The notes under the pieces were generated by a model, which had not been told where the DNA came from, made no database searches, and saw nothing but the letters and a program-made list of their open reading frames with translations. A stretch of DNA of 64,000 bases from Malacoraja senta (taxonomy: Eukaryota), in assembly GCA_038087875.1 (NCBI GenBank), contig CM075977.1:142662001-142726000 (forward strand), read 5' to 3'. How positions within the stretch are numbered: position 1 is the first letter of the stretch; each line of letters opens with the position of its first letter. Both the position numbers and the translations under genes were made by a program. Positions 1-14,018 of the stretch are shown piece by piece.

Positions 1-551
1 TTTGGATATATACTGATTGACAATAGAAAAAAAAATTACATTATTTTGTTTTACATAGGCTCAATGGATTCCTTAAATTTATCAATTAAATTTAATGAAG
101 TACACAGCATCATAGAAAGAGGCCTTAATCATCTATGGAAACGTGTTAATAAATTCTCAGTAGCTGCTTTCTTACTGGTTGAAAGAAAGAAAATCAGAAA
201 ACGTACTGGTTTTGGAGAAGCAGCTTTTCATTCTATTCAGAATATTTAAACACATAACCCTATCGCCTTACATCTACCAGGTAGTTGCTTAAAGTATAAA
301 CTCATCATGCAGCGGTGCCTTCTGCCAGACACCAGGCTTTTTACTTGCATAAGCAAAGACCCAACACCTGTGTCAAGCCTCGCAATGCATGGCCAAGCTT
401 TGGCATATCCCAAGGTGGCAAACAACATACAGTTCATTAAGAACCCATATACCAGATGTATACCAGAGCCATTTACTGCTTACAAAATGAGTACCGAAGA
501 TACCAATTTCTCCACCATGATATCTAAATGTTCAATTTTTTGTAGTCTTAC

Positions 552-741
552 CGCATTCAAACCAGATAAATACAGAGCTCTTAGATTTTTCAAACTGGTC
601 ACTATCTGTATCAAACAAGGCGTTGTAAGCTTCGGGATTCGACCGATGTTCAGAATCTGCAGGTTTAAGCATTCCTGAGCCATGTGGGTCAAGCAGTGTG
701 TGTTTAGTTCATGACATCCAAACAGTTCCAGCTCTTTTAGA
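552..741 (-). CDS. F-box/LRR gene LRR exon (SLKELELFGCHELNTHCLTHMAQECLNLQILNIGRIPKLTTPCLIQIVTSLKNLRALYLSGLNA)
   Basis: Lies within ORF 480-785. cag acceptor and GCG|gtaaga donor. 190 nt, phase 2 in. Three LRR units. The gene presumably continues beyond the left edge. Confidence 0.9.
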
Positions 742-1377
742 CTGTGTACGGAAATAAAGATAACAATTAGATCCAATAGTGACATAGGCTTTTAATAAAA
801 TCATGCATGTTTGACCTTTCCTACTCTTCAATAACTGCGTATAGGGCCCAAGTTGAGTTAATTAGAGTCATTGTCACAAAGAACTGCACACAGAAAAAGG
901 CAGATGGCCTTTATGCCATACATCATGCCAAATTAAACTAATCCCATCTGCTTGCATATGATCTGGATCCCCCCCCATTCTGTATATTTTCATGTGCCTA
1001 TCTAAAAGCCTCCTAAATTATGGATCATCTTTGCTTCCACCACCACCACCGCTAAAAGCATGTTCCAGGCATTTAACAAAAGATTTGCCCCCCACATCTC
1101 CTTTAAACTTTGACCCTCTCAACTTAAAGATATGTCCTCTAGTATTTGATATTTCCGCCCTCAGCAGACTTGAATCTATTCGCTGTGATTCACTCATCCA
1201 AATTGTTAATAAAGATTGTGAACAGTTGTAGCCAATCCCCAGGGCATTGCAATTGTGACAGTCTCCTAACCGAAAATCTGTTTATTCCTCATCTATTTTC
1301 TGTCAAATAATCAGTCCTTAGTCTTCCCAGTATATTAGCCCTGATAGAGTGCACCCTAGTTTATTGAATAATTTTGT

Positions 1378-1900
1378 ATAATTGAATTGAATTGAATTAT
1401 CCTTTATTGTCATTCAGACCTTTTGGTCTGAACAAAATTTTGGCAGTCATACATATAATAATAAATATCAAAAACACACAATAAACACAAATTTAACATC
1501 CACCACAGTGAGTTCACCAGGCACCTCCTCACTGTGATGGAAGGCAAAAGTCTTAAAGTCTCGGTCTCTTCCCTCCTTGTTCTCCCTCTGCGCCGAGACG
1601 ATCCAGGCTTCAGATGTTGTGACCCCGCCGCTGCCGCTGGAACGCTGCCACAGCCCCGAGGCCGCCAGCTCCGCCATTAGGCCTCGGCGCAGACGGAGAC
1701 CGAGACGGGGGATACAACAAGAAAAGCCGCATCCCCCCCCCGAAGGAAGAGACCAAAAACATGTTTCTCCCCCCCCCCCCCACACACAGATACACAACCT
1801 AATAAACCAAAATTAACTAAAACAGAACAGAAGAACAACAAAAAAAAGAAGAAAAAAAACCGGACTGCAGGCAAGCCGCAGCTGCTAAGGCATCGCCGCC
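1378..1900 (-). mobile_element. Non-coding retroelement with GC-rich body and (CAATT)n tail
   Basis: Ends in gacaataaa plus a microsatellite tail like Rex/Babar 3' ends. An analogous element lies at ~36750-37322 (+). Confidence 0.45.
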
Positions 1901-3131
1901 ATGTTGAACTAATATTTTATGAAAGTTCCAATACACTACATCAATCATTCCCCATGCACCCCCCCTCCCAGAAACTTATCCATTCCGCTTCTTATAAATT
2001 AAAAAAACTTGAGTTGTGGAAAGCAAATTCCCTTTCAAAATCCATGTTAATTCTCCACAACCCGAAAATTATTTCCTCTGAGCCGCTTTGCTAATTGATT
2101 CGGGCACTTTCCCTACTCTTACTATCAGGCTAACTCTTCTGAAGTTATCTAAAAACCTCTTTCTCTCTCCTCTATCTTAAATTGGGGAGCTATATCTGCT
2201 ATAGTTTAATTAGTGGAAACCTTTGAGAAACAATATAATTTTAGAAGATGACTATCACCGCAGGTATTATCTGCAAAGTTGTACCCTTCCAAATCTTGGG
2301 ATGCAGATAAGTAATGAGCAGAATTAAGCTATTCAGAACAGCAAGTCTGCTCCTGTCTAATATTCAACAGTCAGTCCAGAAACAGGCCTTTAAATCTCAT
2401 TCATCCATGTTAGCCAAGATGCCTACCAGAGCTAGTTCTCTTTTTCTGTGTTTGGCCCATATCACTCTAAACATACCCTATGCACGTACTTGCCTAAATG
2501 CCTGTATCAATTTCTCTGCAGCTCGTTCCTCAAATCCACCATCCTCTGTGAAAAAGTAGTCCCTCAGGTACCTTTAAATATTCCCCTTCTTGCCTTAAAT
2601 CAATACCCTCCAGGTTTAGACTTCCCTACACTGGGAAAATGACTGTAACCTTACCAATATCCTTCATGAATTTATATTCCTTTGTAAGGTCACACCCTCC
2701 ATCTCCTTTGTTCCAGCCAACTTATCTCTCATTATAACTCAAGTCTGCCACAACTGGTAACAACCTTTTGAATTTTTGCTGCATCCTTTCCTGCTTAATG
2801 ACATCCTTCCTATTGGTTAGCGACAAATTCTGTCCATTAAATTTCAAGTGAAGTTCCACCAAAGACTTGTACAGTTGCAATATGACTTCTCAATACTTGA
2901 ACTCAATGTCCTGACCAATGCTGGCAAACATGTCGAACACCTTCTTAGAGTCATAGAGTCAAACGGCATGGAAAGTGGCCCTTAAGCCGAACTCCTCCAT
3001 GCCACATCAAAGCTAGTCCTATTTGCACGCCTATGGCCCATATTCTTTTAAACATTTCCTGTCCATGTATCTATCAGTGTCTTTTATGCATAGTACCTAC
3101 TTCATCTACCTCCTCTGGCAGCTTGTTGCAT

Positions 3132-3975
3132 ATAGAAACATAGAAACATAGAAAATAGGTGCAGGAGTAGGCCATTCGACCCTTCGAGCCTGCACTGCCA
3201 TTCATTATGATCATGGCTGATCATCCAACTCAGTATCCTGTACCTACTTTCTCTCCATACCCCCTGATCCCTTTAGCCACAAGGGCCACAACTAACTCCC
3301 TCTTAAATATAGCCAATGAACTGGCCTCAACTACATTCTGTGGCAGAGAATTCCAGAGATTCACCACTCTCTGTGTGAAAAATGTTTTCCTCATCTCGGT
3401 CCTAAAAGATTTCCCCCTTATCCTTCAACTGTGACCCCTTGTTCTAGACTTCCCCAACATCGGGAACAATCTTCCTGCATCTAGCCTGTCCATCCCCTTA
3501 AGAATTTTGTACGTTTCTATAAGATCCCCCCTCAATCTTCTAAATTCTAGCGAGTACAAACCGAGTCTATCCAGTCTTTCTTCATATGAAAGTCCTGCCA
3601 TCCCAGGAATCAGTCTGGTGAACCTTCTCTGTACTCCCTCTATGGCAAGAATGTCTTTCCTCAGATTAGGAGACCAAAACTGTACGCAATACTCCAGGTG
3701 TGGTCTCACCAAGACCCTGTACAACTGCAGTAGAACCTCCCTGCTCCTATACTCAAATCCTTTTGCAATGAATGCTAACATACCATTCGCCTTCTTCACT
3801 GTCTGCTGCACCTGCATGCCTACTTTTAATGACTGGTGTACCATGACACTCAGGTCTCGTTGCATCTCCCCTTTTCCTAATCGGCCACCATTCAGATAAT
3901 AGTCTACTTTCCTGTTTTTGCCACCAAAGTGGATAACCTCACATTTATCCACATTATACTGCATCTGCCATGCAT
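3132..3975 (-). mobile_element. CR1/HER1-type LINE 3' part
   Basis: WQMQYNVDKCEV...LVRPHLEYCVQFWSP peptides and (TTTCTATG)n tail. Confidence 0.92.
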
Positions 3976-4199
3976 NNNNNNNNNNNNNNNNNNNNNNNNN
4001 NNNNNNNNNNNNNNNNNNNNNNNNNNNNNNNNNNNNNNNNNNNNNNNNNNNNNNNNNNNNNNNNNNNNNNNNNNNNNNNNNNNNNNNNNNNNNNNNNNNN
4101 NNNNNNNNNNNNNNNNNNNNNNNNNNNNNNNNNNNNNNNNNNNNNNNNNNNNNNNNNNNNNNNNNNNNNNNNNNNNNNNNNNNNNNNNNNNNNNNNNNN
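3976..4199. other. Assembly gap (others: 23126-23325, 25631-25775, 39448-39575)
   Basis: Runs of N. Confidence 0.99.
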
Positions 4200-5654
4200 A
4201 TTTCCTCGAAAACCAGGCGCAAAGACGCTGAGATTTTTACATATTTCGGTTGGGATTTAACTTGTGATTTCAGAAATCCACTCCTCTCTAGATTTCGTCA
4301 ATTATTTCCCCAGATTTTGAATAAAATTGTTCACAAAACATAAAAAAAATAAAAATCAAACTGCTGCATGAGATACAGTGCCACCTCACAGATCCAATCA
4401 CAATGGATCTCATTTACATATATGACATCACAATGGGACAGGTGTGGGAGATTGTAACCTTCACATGGTCCCACTAAAACCAAACTGCTGCATGTCACAG
4501 TGCCATTTCACAGATGTACAATCACATCAAAATGGGACAGGGGTGTGAGATCTCTCCCCCTCCCTGACATTTAAAAAAATATGAAGGTTGCCCAGCTGCT
4601 TACCTCACAATGCCTTTGCACCTGGCCCAACTGCCTCCAGGCCCCGCCCAGCTCTACCCCCACAGCTTGGCTGCTGGCCCCACCCGCTGACCTTACAATG
4701 CCTTTGCACCTGGCCCAACTGCCTCATGGCCCCGCCTGGCCCTGCCCCCCCTACCTGGCCCCACCCGGCCCCACCCTGTGACCTCACAATGCCTTTGCAC
4801 CTGGCCCAATTGCCCCCTGACAGTTAAAAAAAAAAACATTTGCTGTATTCATTGACAGCTTAGATCGGACCCACTGTGTGTGTGGTGGGGTCCTCCCCTG
4901 AATTCCATAGAGCTGCCGACAGCTTTCGTGCATGAGATGCGGACGATTCATTTCCAGAACATTCTGAACGCGTGACGCACGGTTGAATTTCGCTCTCTCT
5001 GTCTCGCCCCCTATCTCTCTCTCTCCCCATCTCTCTCTCCCCCCTCTCTCTCTCTCTCTCTCTCCTCCCTCTCTCTCTCTCCCCCCTCCCCTGCCCTCCC
5101 CCACCCTCCCTCCCCTAAACCCCTTTCCCGCCTCCCCTCCACCCCTCCCCTACCCCCTTCCCTCCACCCCATCCCCTCCCCACCCTCCCTTCTCCCCCTC
5201 CCTTCCCCTTCTCCCCCCCATTCCCCCTTCCCTTCCCCCCACTCCCCTCTCTCTCCTCCCCTCTCTCTCTCCTCCCATCTCTCTCACCCTTCCTCCCCCA
5301 CCATCCCCCCCTCACCCACCCTCCCTCTCCTCCCCTCCACCTCCCTCTCGGTTTCTTGCCCTTCTGTCTCTTCCCCTTTCTCTCTGTCTCTCCCCATTCT
5401 CTCTCTGCCCTCACTCTCTACCCCCCCCCTCTCTAGATGCGCCTGCGAGTTGGGGGCTATGCATCAGTGGATAGAGCGGTTATGGGGTAAAAGGAGCAAA
5501 TTAATTATATTAATATATCAAGGGGGTAGTTAGCGTGTGTGCGGGGGGGGTAGTTAGTGTGTGTGACACCGCATGCCGCCACCCCCCCAGCTCCCCCCCT
5601 CACCCGCAACCACACGTTGGGGGAACAGACCCAACTGGTCTGCACTTGGTCTAG
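4200..5654 (+). mobile_element. Non-autonomous Helitron-like element H1 (5' end in gap)
   Basis: 3' end is the cagacc-caact-ggtctg hairpin followed by cacttggtCTAG|t. Contains a CT-rich tract and three internal acctcacaatgcctttgcacctggccc repeats. Confidence 0.75.
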
Positions 5655-6119
5655 TAAATATTAAAAATATATATATATATATGTGTGTGTGTATACTTGT
5701 GAGTGTGTATATATACACACTGAACTTTTTTTTCTCTCGTTTAATATATTGTTTACAGTATACTATGTTTACATATTTTGTTGTGCTACAGCAAGTAAGA
5801 ATTTCATTGTTCTATCTGGGACATATGACAATAAAACACTCTTGACTCTCTCTTGTCATGGGGAATAAAGATTATGGAAAACCACATGGACAAACTCATC
5901 AGATGCCATTTGACTCAAAGTTGCTGAACTGGAAATTAGCTTATTTTAGGATTACCAGGGAATTTAGTCCCCTTCTGTGGTCCACCACTTCGTTCTTAGA
6001 TTTTTTTTGTTGCAGTCTGTTGTAGTAGCAACAATTTGTAAGATTATCTATTTTTGCGATGAAGAGAAGATTCCAATGAAGAGAAGATTCTTACAATATC
6101 TGTTGACCCCCTGACCAAA

Positions 6120-6760
6120 ATTATGGCACGCACACTCTTGTTCTGACTTGTGGGCTGCTTTGTCAAATCCACCCATGGCAGACTGTAAAGTGATCATGCC
6201 ATTATAGTGCATATAACCAATTTTACTTCACGAAGAGCAGCTCTGAACTGACTGGCTTTACAAAACGTACTGTACAAGCAGTACAGCTACAAAAGCACAT
6301 GGTCTATTGTTTATGCTCATTCATTGTGACGGCTGATTTGCATGTCCAAAGTCCTCAGTTTGCAAAAGAGAAAACATTACTTTGACATTACTTATTTTAT
6401 CTGATCCATCATAGGTGAAGAAAGGGAATAGCCAAGATGCTGACATTCCCTTGGAAACAGATGATAAAATAATACTATAATAAAATTTGCGCTAGTTTGT
6501 TCCTGTGCCATTTGAAAATCTTTCGGTAACGCACATTCTGCAAGGAATTAAGCAATGTTCGTCACAATCTTTTGAATGCTTGCGTGTATTGACTGTGCAT
6601 TGACTGCGCATGACGTTCAGAATCACATGCAAACCAAAAATAAATCTTACTACCATAATTGGTATAAGGGCAGGGACTTTGGATGGTATCGGGTGAACTG
6701 GTATGAAGTATGCCAAGATAAATACTGGAGCATGCATCCCATTTCTCAAACAATAATTTG
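6120..6760 (-). pseudogene. Degraded piggyBac-like transposase remnant
   Basis: IPSK.. and YGSKIYFWFACDSE followed downstream by MGGFD, in the order of piggyBac PSKP.KYG.K...CD and MGGVD. Confidence 0.45.
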
Positions 6761-9700
6761 ATGGCAAACGTGGATGCAAAAAAAGAGGACTAGCATACCT
6801 GGATCCATCCTAAAAAGGGAAAGCCTTCTACTTGATCAGTAGTTTGTCCAGTTTTGCAACAGAGGTGATCCTATCAATGCCATATGGAATGGACTCCCAC
6901 ACAAAGATTCAAGTAATGTCATAGTGAGCTGGTTTAAGCCTGTTCTCGTGTGCTTGGACTACTTTGGTTCTATACAGCATAGTCACAGTTTGACATCAAA
7001 CATCCACTGCATAATGACTGAATAGAAGTTCAGGATTTTGGAATAGAAATACAAGGAAGCTTGTATAGTTATCATTTTCACCAGTAACAGAAGTTGATTC
7101 TTATGAATTTAATTGATTTTCTTAGCTTTTTCTGTGGTTCCGAATCACACTTGCCTACATTAATTTGTATGTCTTTTTTATATCTGATCTGTTCAACGGC
7201 ATGCAAAACAAAGCGTTTCACTGTATCTCGGTACACGTAACAATAATAAACCTAAACACAAATCTAATTTCATATCACTCAGTTTAGATCATTCAAGTAC
7301 ATGTCCATGCTTCTAAATTGTTGTTACTGTTCCTACCATCATCACCTACCTTGTAGTTTATTCCAGGCATCTTTGCATTAAAAAATTACCCTTCAGATCC
7401 CCCTTAAACTTCCTCCTTCACATGTTAAACCTCAGGTTTCTGGATTTAGACTCCCCTATCATGGGAGACAGACACTGGCTACTTACCCAATCTGTGCCAC
7501 CCATGATTTTATATACCTCTATCATGTCACTTCCTGAGGGAAAGCATACCCGATCCAATCTCTTCAGATAAGTCCTCCATCCTAGCAACACCCTTATGAA
7601 TCTTTTCTGCGCCCTTTAACTTGATCACGTGCATGCTATAGTGCAGTGACCGAACTCCATGGGCAATCTACCCAATGTTTTGTACAACTATAACATTACA
7701 TCCCAACTCTTATATTCAATACCTCAGGTGATGAGGACACACATGCCATGTGTATTTCTTACAACTTGCCTACCTGTGTTCCAATTTTCAAGAAACTATG
7801 TCCTTGTACACCAAGGTCTTTTTGTTCAACAACACATCCCTGAACCTTGCCATTCTCTAGGTATGTCACTCTGCACTTGTCCAAGTTAAATTCCATCTAC
7901 CATTCCTTTGCCCAATTTTGCAATAAATAAATATCCACTTGTAACTTTAGACAACTTACTTCACTGTCCACTATACCTCGATTTTAGTGTTATCTGCAAA
8001 CTTACTAATCATGTCACATATTTGTGTCCAAGTCATTCACATATATCACAAATAACAAAGGGTTGAACGCCAATCCCTGCAATGCATCATTGGTCACAAG
8101 GTTCCAATCTGAAAAATGACCATCCTCCACCACCCTCTGATTGTTACCATCAAGCTAATTTTAAAGAATACAAAATAGAACAGTACAGCACAGGAACGGG
8201 CTCTACAGCCCATAATGTTTGTGCCAAACATAATGTCCAGCTGAACTGATCTCATCTGCTTGCACATGATCCATATCCCTCTCTTCCCTGCACTTCCATG
8301 TGCCCATCTAAAAGCATCTTAAATTCCAGGTTCCCACCACCCACCGTGTAAACAACCTGCCCCACACCTCGCTGGTTTCCTATTCTTTCACACATAGACC
8401 ATTACACCGTAAGTTTCCAATAAGGTGGAGGCAGGGTCCAGAGAATAACACTAAAACATAAGGATCCATTCTGAGTTGCAGGATTATTTAGAAGGAACAA
8501 CAGATGCTGGTTTACTTAAACAAGACACAAAGTGTTGGAGAAACTCAGTGGGTCAGGCAACATTTCTGGAAAACCTGATAGGTGGCATTTTAGGCCAGGA
8601 CCATTCTTCACATAATCAGCCTTTCTAATTTGCATTCAGCATCAAACTGTAGCATTAACTCAGTTTTCCCTCTTTCTCGATGCTGCCTGGCTTGCTGAGT
8701 ATTTCCAGCATTATATTTTCATTCTGATTTTCAGCACAGCAATGTTCCATAACTCATAGTACCAAGATCTTCTTTCCCGATCTCTCATCTTCCTTTTACA
8801 GCTCCTCCAGATGGATGAGAGCCGATGAATAAGATTTCACCACCCTCTCTCAGCTGGAACCATCACCACTTTGAGTCAATCAGTCTCTCTTGGTCTCCAC
8901 CTTAGCACAGATATTTTATTTATTCTCTGTAGCACTCCCACTTTTCTGTTATTTGGTATATGTTTGATTCCAAGCCTTTGCTACCTTTGGTGAACTGAAT
9001 ATATAAACTCAGTTTCTCCCTGCTCGGTGCCGCAGAACTTCCTGAGCTTTTCTAGCATTTTTCATCTTTGGTACTATTTAGTTAAGGCCCCATGGTGTGA
9101 ATTCATTGTATAACAAGGACCACACAATTCAATTACAGTTGACCTCACTTAAAATCACATCTTGAAAGCATAAGGAATGTATAATTAAAACTACATACAA
9201 CTTGCATTAAACCAATCATGACAGACTTATAATCCATAAAAGGATTAACCATTCATTGAGAAGGCACTAGATCAGTGAAAACACAGCAACAGATTCATCA
9301 TTTCCTTAGCTAGAAGGGCATTCTCGAACCAAATGTGCAGATGGTCTGATTTTACAAAAGGCAAAACAAATAGCTATTTCAACAGTGGCAGTTCTCAAAA
9401 GAATGACCAAGAAGAACGAAGCTAAGAATCCAAGCAACTGTTCACATTAAGGATTTGTAGCATGATGTGCTGTGATTAAAACATTAGCATCGTCAATGTA
9501 GCAGCCATCAGCACAGTTGGCTGTCTGAATACTAACCACAGAAGAGAGATTTAGTCTGATCCTATCAACTCAATCTTGGCAGATTCAGCAGTTGCAAAGG
9601 CATGTCATTTACTGTGTTGTAGGGATGCAATATTGAATCATGAGGATTATTTTCTTGAATGTAGCAACAAAGAATAAGGCAAATTAACATACTGTAGCTG

Positions 9701-10494
9701 CATAATATCTTCAGAAGCTATTACAAACCTAAACAAGCCAACAGCCCAAAGCCCATTCCAGCAGCAGAGTGGGATGGAGCTCACAAACCACTGGAGTTCT
9801 TCAAACATTTTGGTGTCTCCTATCCAGCTGAAACACAGCCTTGAGGACATGACAGCTGCTGCGTTAAATTTGGCAGGAACTATAACAGAAGGATATAGAT
9901 TTTATTAAGAAGGCTGTCATTCCATTGAAGCACTGCATCTCCCACCCATGACATCACTTGAGTGATTTTACAAACCTAACTGATGCAGATGCTTTACTAA
10001 AAAGACAGCTTAAAGAAAGTGCTCTCACCAGCGTGAGACACCTTGTTCCTCTATACTCCAGATCAGTTTGACATGTAGTAGTTATGGCTGAAGATTTCCC
10101 CAGCTGAAAACTTTCAAACCCGATCCTTAGTGTCTTCAGTTTCCATTGTTTTCCTTCTGAACAATGCCTCATTAACCATTCTAGTCCTAGGAAAGGCATT
10201 GCATCATACGTATGTTTCCTGATACTGAAACAATTCCATTGGCTTAAAACATATTGGGTTGGATTTTACCAGGAAAATGGCAGTAATTCTGCATGAAACT
10301 TCTGTATTTTCTCATGTAAACATCAGAACGTGTTTGATTTTGAGAATGCACGAACAGAAAAATCCAAAAATTGCTGAGAGCTGTTTGATGTTGTTTCTTC
10401 AAGAACACTCTGATGCTCCTCAGTCCCACTTACTGTTTGATCTGGAACAAAGACTTAATTCTCCATTAATTAATCTCAACGGGGTTTGCGGTCA

Positions 10495-10825
10495 TAAGGT
10501 CATAAGTGATAGGAGTAGTACTAGACCATTCGGCCCATCAAGTCTACTCCACCATTCAATCATGGCTGATCGATCTCTCCCTCCTAATCCCATTCTCCTG
10601 CCTTCCCCCCATAACCTCTGACACCTGTACTAGTCAAGAATCTATCTATCTCTGCCTTAAATATAGCCATTGACTTGGCCTCCACAGCCTTCTGTGGCAA
10701 AGAATTCCACAGATTCTCAGCCCTCTGTCCTCATCTCCTTCCTAAAAGAACGTCCTTTAATTCTGAGGCTGTGACCTCTAGTCCTCGACTCTCCCACTAG
10801 TGGAAACATCCTCTCCACATCCATG
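10495..10825 (-). mobile_element. CR1 3' fragment
   Basis: Similar to the 3' ends of other CR1 copies in the window. Confidence 0.7.
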
Positions 10826-12040
10826 TGAAGTGTTAAGAAACAATGGAAAAGTGCATTAGAACACCCAGCGAATAGCTGTCAATGAGGGAGACCTGTCTCT
10901 TTCTCTAATTGAGAGTAGTGTTCTGAGATGCATGGTTGTAGCTACAATGGAAGATTTACCCTTGTATTGAGGAAATCCTCATACATTCTGCAATCTCCTG
11001 AAAGATTATTGGCCTGTGTTTTTCTGTAATTGTAACATTATATCCTGCACTCTACTTCTTTGCACTTTTGCGCAGTCTGATGTACTTTTGTGTGTCATGA
11101 TTTGCCTGGATAATACGCAAAACAAAGTTTTCACAGTTTCTCAGTAAACATGACAATAGTAATAAACCAATACCAAAGCAATTTGGATAGAACACAATAT
11201 TTGTATAACAAGGGATGAACTGATTATAATCCAATTTCAGTCATGAATAAGAAAATCATTGAAAAATTACTTTTGGAAATTGGCAAGCAGAAAAAAATCT
11301 GCTTTGGAAAAAAATTCATGTAATCTCACTGCAATCATCAGATAATTCCCTTCTTTAAGGAAGGATGTTAATGTGTGGAAGTAGTTCAGAAATGGTTTAT
11401 TAGACTATTACCTGGAATGGAAGCTTCTTTTTAAAAGAAAGGTTATACAGGCAAGATTTTAAGTATTCACTTAAATTTAAAATTATGAAGATCATGAAAC
11501 ATCTTGAAAGGGTGGGTGTGAAGAGGAGTGAAGAGTGACAAACTAGTGGTTACTATTTAAAATAAGAAGTCATCCATTTAAGTCAGATTGATGTGAAATT
11601 CTTTGGAATTCTCTTCTGCAAAGATAGTCATAGCAGATTTTGAATGTTATAAGTTCGATTGATTCTTGATAAGCAAAGGGTGAAAGGCAGAAATGAGGGT
11701 TGAGACTACAGTCATATCACCCATGACCTTCTTGGATGTTGAAACTGGTTCAAACAGCTGAGTGGCTCACTCTTACTCCTAATTTATATGCTTACATGAA
11801 AGCATTCTCCTTAAGAAATTAATGTGTTTTGTTTTGTTTCTACAATTATTCCTTCTTGATCTTTTCCAACTGTGCTGAGCCCAGGTGGCCCAATATGCCC
11901 AATATGCCCAATTGCAAAACAAAGTAAAATCTGATCATCTCTGCTCATTCACTTTTGTTCTTACACAGGGAAAAAATCCAGAAAACCTTGCACTGCTTCT
12001 ATTTCTGCACTGAAATCAATGAAGGTAAGTAAGACATTAC

Positions 12041-12118
12041 CTTTTTCCATGCTTTTTAATCAAAATATTGATACTTTCATCTGTGAGATGGCATCCATTG
12101 ACGAGGAGTCTGTAAAGA
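12041..12118 (-). CDS. F-box/LRR gene LRR exon (CLYRLLVNGCHLTDESINILIKKHGK)
   Basis: tag acceptor and gtaatg donor. 78 nt, phase 2/2. Shows the LxxLxLxGCxLTD motif. Confidence 0.9.
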
Positions 12119-13786
12119 CTACAATAAATGATATTTTGGGGTGAGATATAAACACAACACATACGCGCACATTTTTTGTACAATTATTACGTTATTTTTT
12201 TATTTCTTTGTGGAAGTCAGTTATATTTACTTTAGATTTTAATTAAAATAACAAAAATCTGGAAATAAATTTAACTTTGCAGTGAAATCTGAAATATTGA
12301 AAGTATAAGTTTAAACACTATGTAATTATTTGAATGAGGTATTACTTCTCCACAATGACAGAAAGCACAGATTATAATAATTTGCAGAAATGTGGAGTTT
12401 CCCTGAGCTTTTCTACAGATCTTTCATTAAGAAATTCTCACCATATTTTAAAGCTAACATTAAATATCTCCAGCAATAAATTGACATCAGAATCCTTTAC
12501 AAGATCGGAGGTCAGCTAACTGATATTTTAACCATGTCCTCCATGGCCATGTCCTTCAAATGCTAAAAGACAAACGTATAAACTAATTTAAGTGTCCAAC
12601 CTTTGAAAAGCCACCCACTTTGGGCAAGAAAATTGTAGCAACAGAATCAAACAGAATAGAAACTATCCCATCAGCCCACCATCTCTATATTGATCATTAA
12701 TTACCATCTATGTTAATCTCATGTATCAGCACATGGTCAGTAGCCTTGTATGTCTTAGCAATTCAATTGGTTGCCTAAATATCTTCTGTAATAGTATAAA
12801 AGTGTCTTTCTCCACCACTTACTCAGAAAAAACATTCCAGATTCCAAAATATCTTTCTTCCTCAGGTCCCCTCTAAACCTCTTCTCCTTTACCCTAGGTG
12901 TTTTTGACACCTCTATTCTCAAGAACATTTTCCTACTGTGAAACCTCACTATACGCATCTACTTTTATATAGCTCAAACATGATCACCTCAGCCACCTCC
13001 AGTCCAAGGAAAACAAGCTCTGCCTATCCAACTGCTCCTCATAATTAAAACGCTCCATCACAGGCAAATTAATATAGCTTTACAGCACCCTCAGATGCTA
13101 TTTAATCCTAAACAAACCAGCTGCCAAAGCCCATTCCAGCAGTAGTGTAGGAATGGCCCTCACAGCTATTAGCCATTGGTGTTCTTCAAAATGTGTCTCC
13201 TATTCTATCCAATTATAACATAGCCTTGAGGATATGACAGCTGCTGCATTACATTTGGCAGGAACTAACAGAAAGATATAGATTCTATTAACATGATATC
13301 GCTTAAGTGATTTCACAAACCTAACTAATGCAGATCTTTTACTATAAAGACAGTGCAATCATATCCTTCTTGATGTGTGGTGACTACAAACACATGCAGT
13401 ATTCCAGCTGTGGGTCTAACCAATATTTTAGAAACCTCCCTGCGCTTAAATTCTATACCCTTGCAAATGAAGGTTAATATCCATATACCTTTTTCATGCC
13501 TTATTGACCTGTGCTGCCACCTTCACTTCAGGGATTCATGAATATATACACCATCTGTTTGTCAATACCCCCGAGAGACCATCTTTATTATTTCTCCGAA
13601 AGTGTATCGTCTCACATTTGTTGGGATTACATTTCATCTGCATATTGTTCCACCCATATTGTACACTGATTGATCTCTTCCTGTAACTAAGACTATCTTC
13701 CTTTCTATTACCAACATCACCATTTTTTGTGTCTTCTGCAAACTTACTAATTATATATCCTTCATTCACGTCCAAATTGTTAATGT

Positions 13787-14018
13787 AGAAACAAGGAGCT
13801 GCTGATGTGGGTTTACGATGAGAGAGACAAAGTGCTGGAGTAACTCAGTGGATCAGGCAGTACTTTTGGAGATCATGGATAGCTGACATTTTGAGTCAGG
13901 ACATTTTTTCAGGCCCAGAGTCTGAAGAAGGGTCTCGACCCAAAACATCACCTCTCCTTATTCTCCAGAGATGCTGCCTGACCTGCTGAGTTACTCCAGC
14001 ACTTTGTGTCTCTTTTTA
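13787..14018. mobile_element. Penelope-terminus-derived fold-back element with 14-bp TSD
   Basis: Inverted arms homologous to 16250-16350. TSD caaattgttaatgt at 13773-13786 and 14019-14032. Confidence 0.8.

Noticed and set aside
246-437. 63-aa minus-strand ORF as the next host exon
   Set aside because: No LRR pattern and no convincing splice sites.
3918-4343. ORFs spanning N runs (also at 23087-23460 and 39408-39689)
   Set aside because: Artefacts of assembly gaps.
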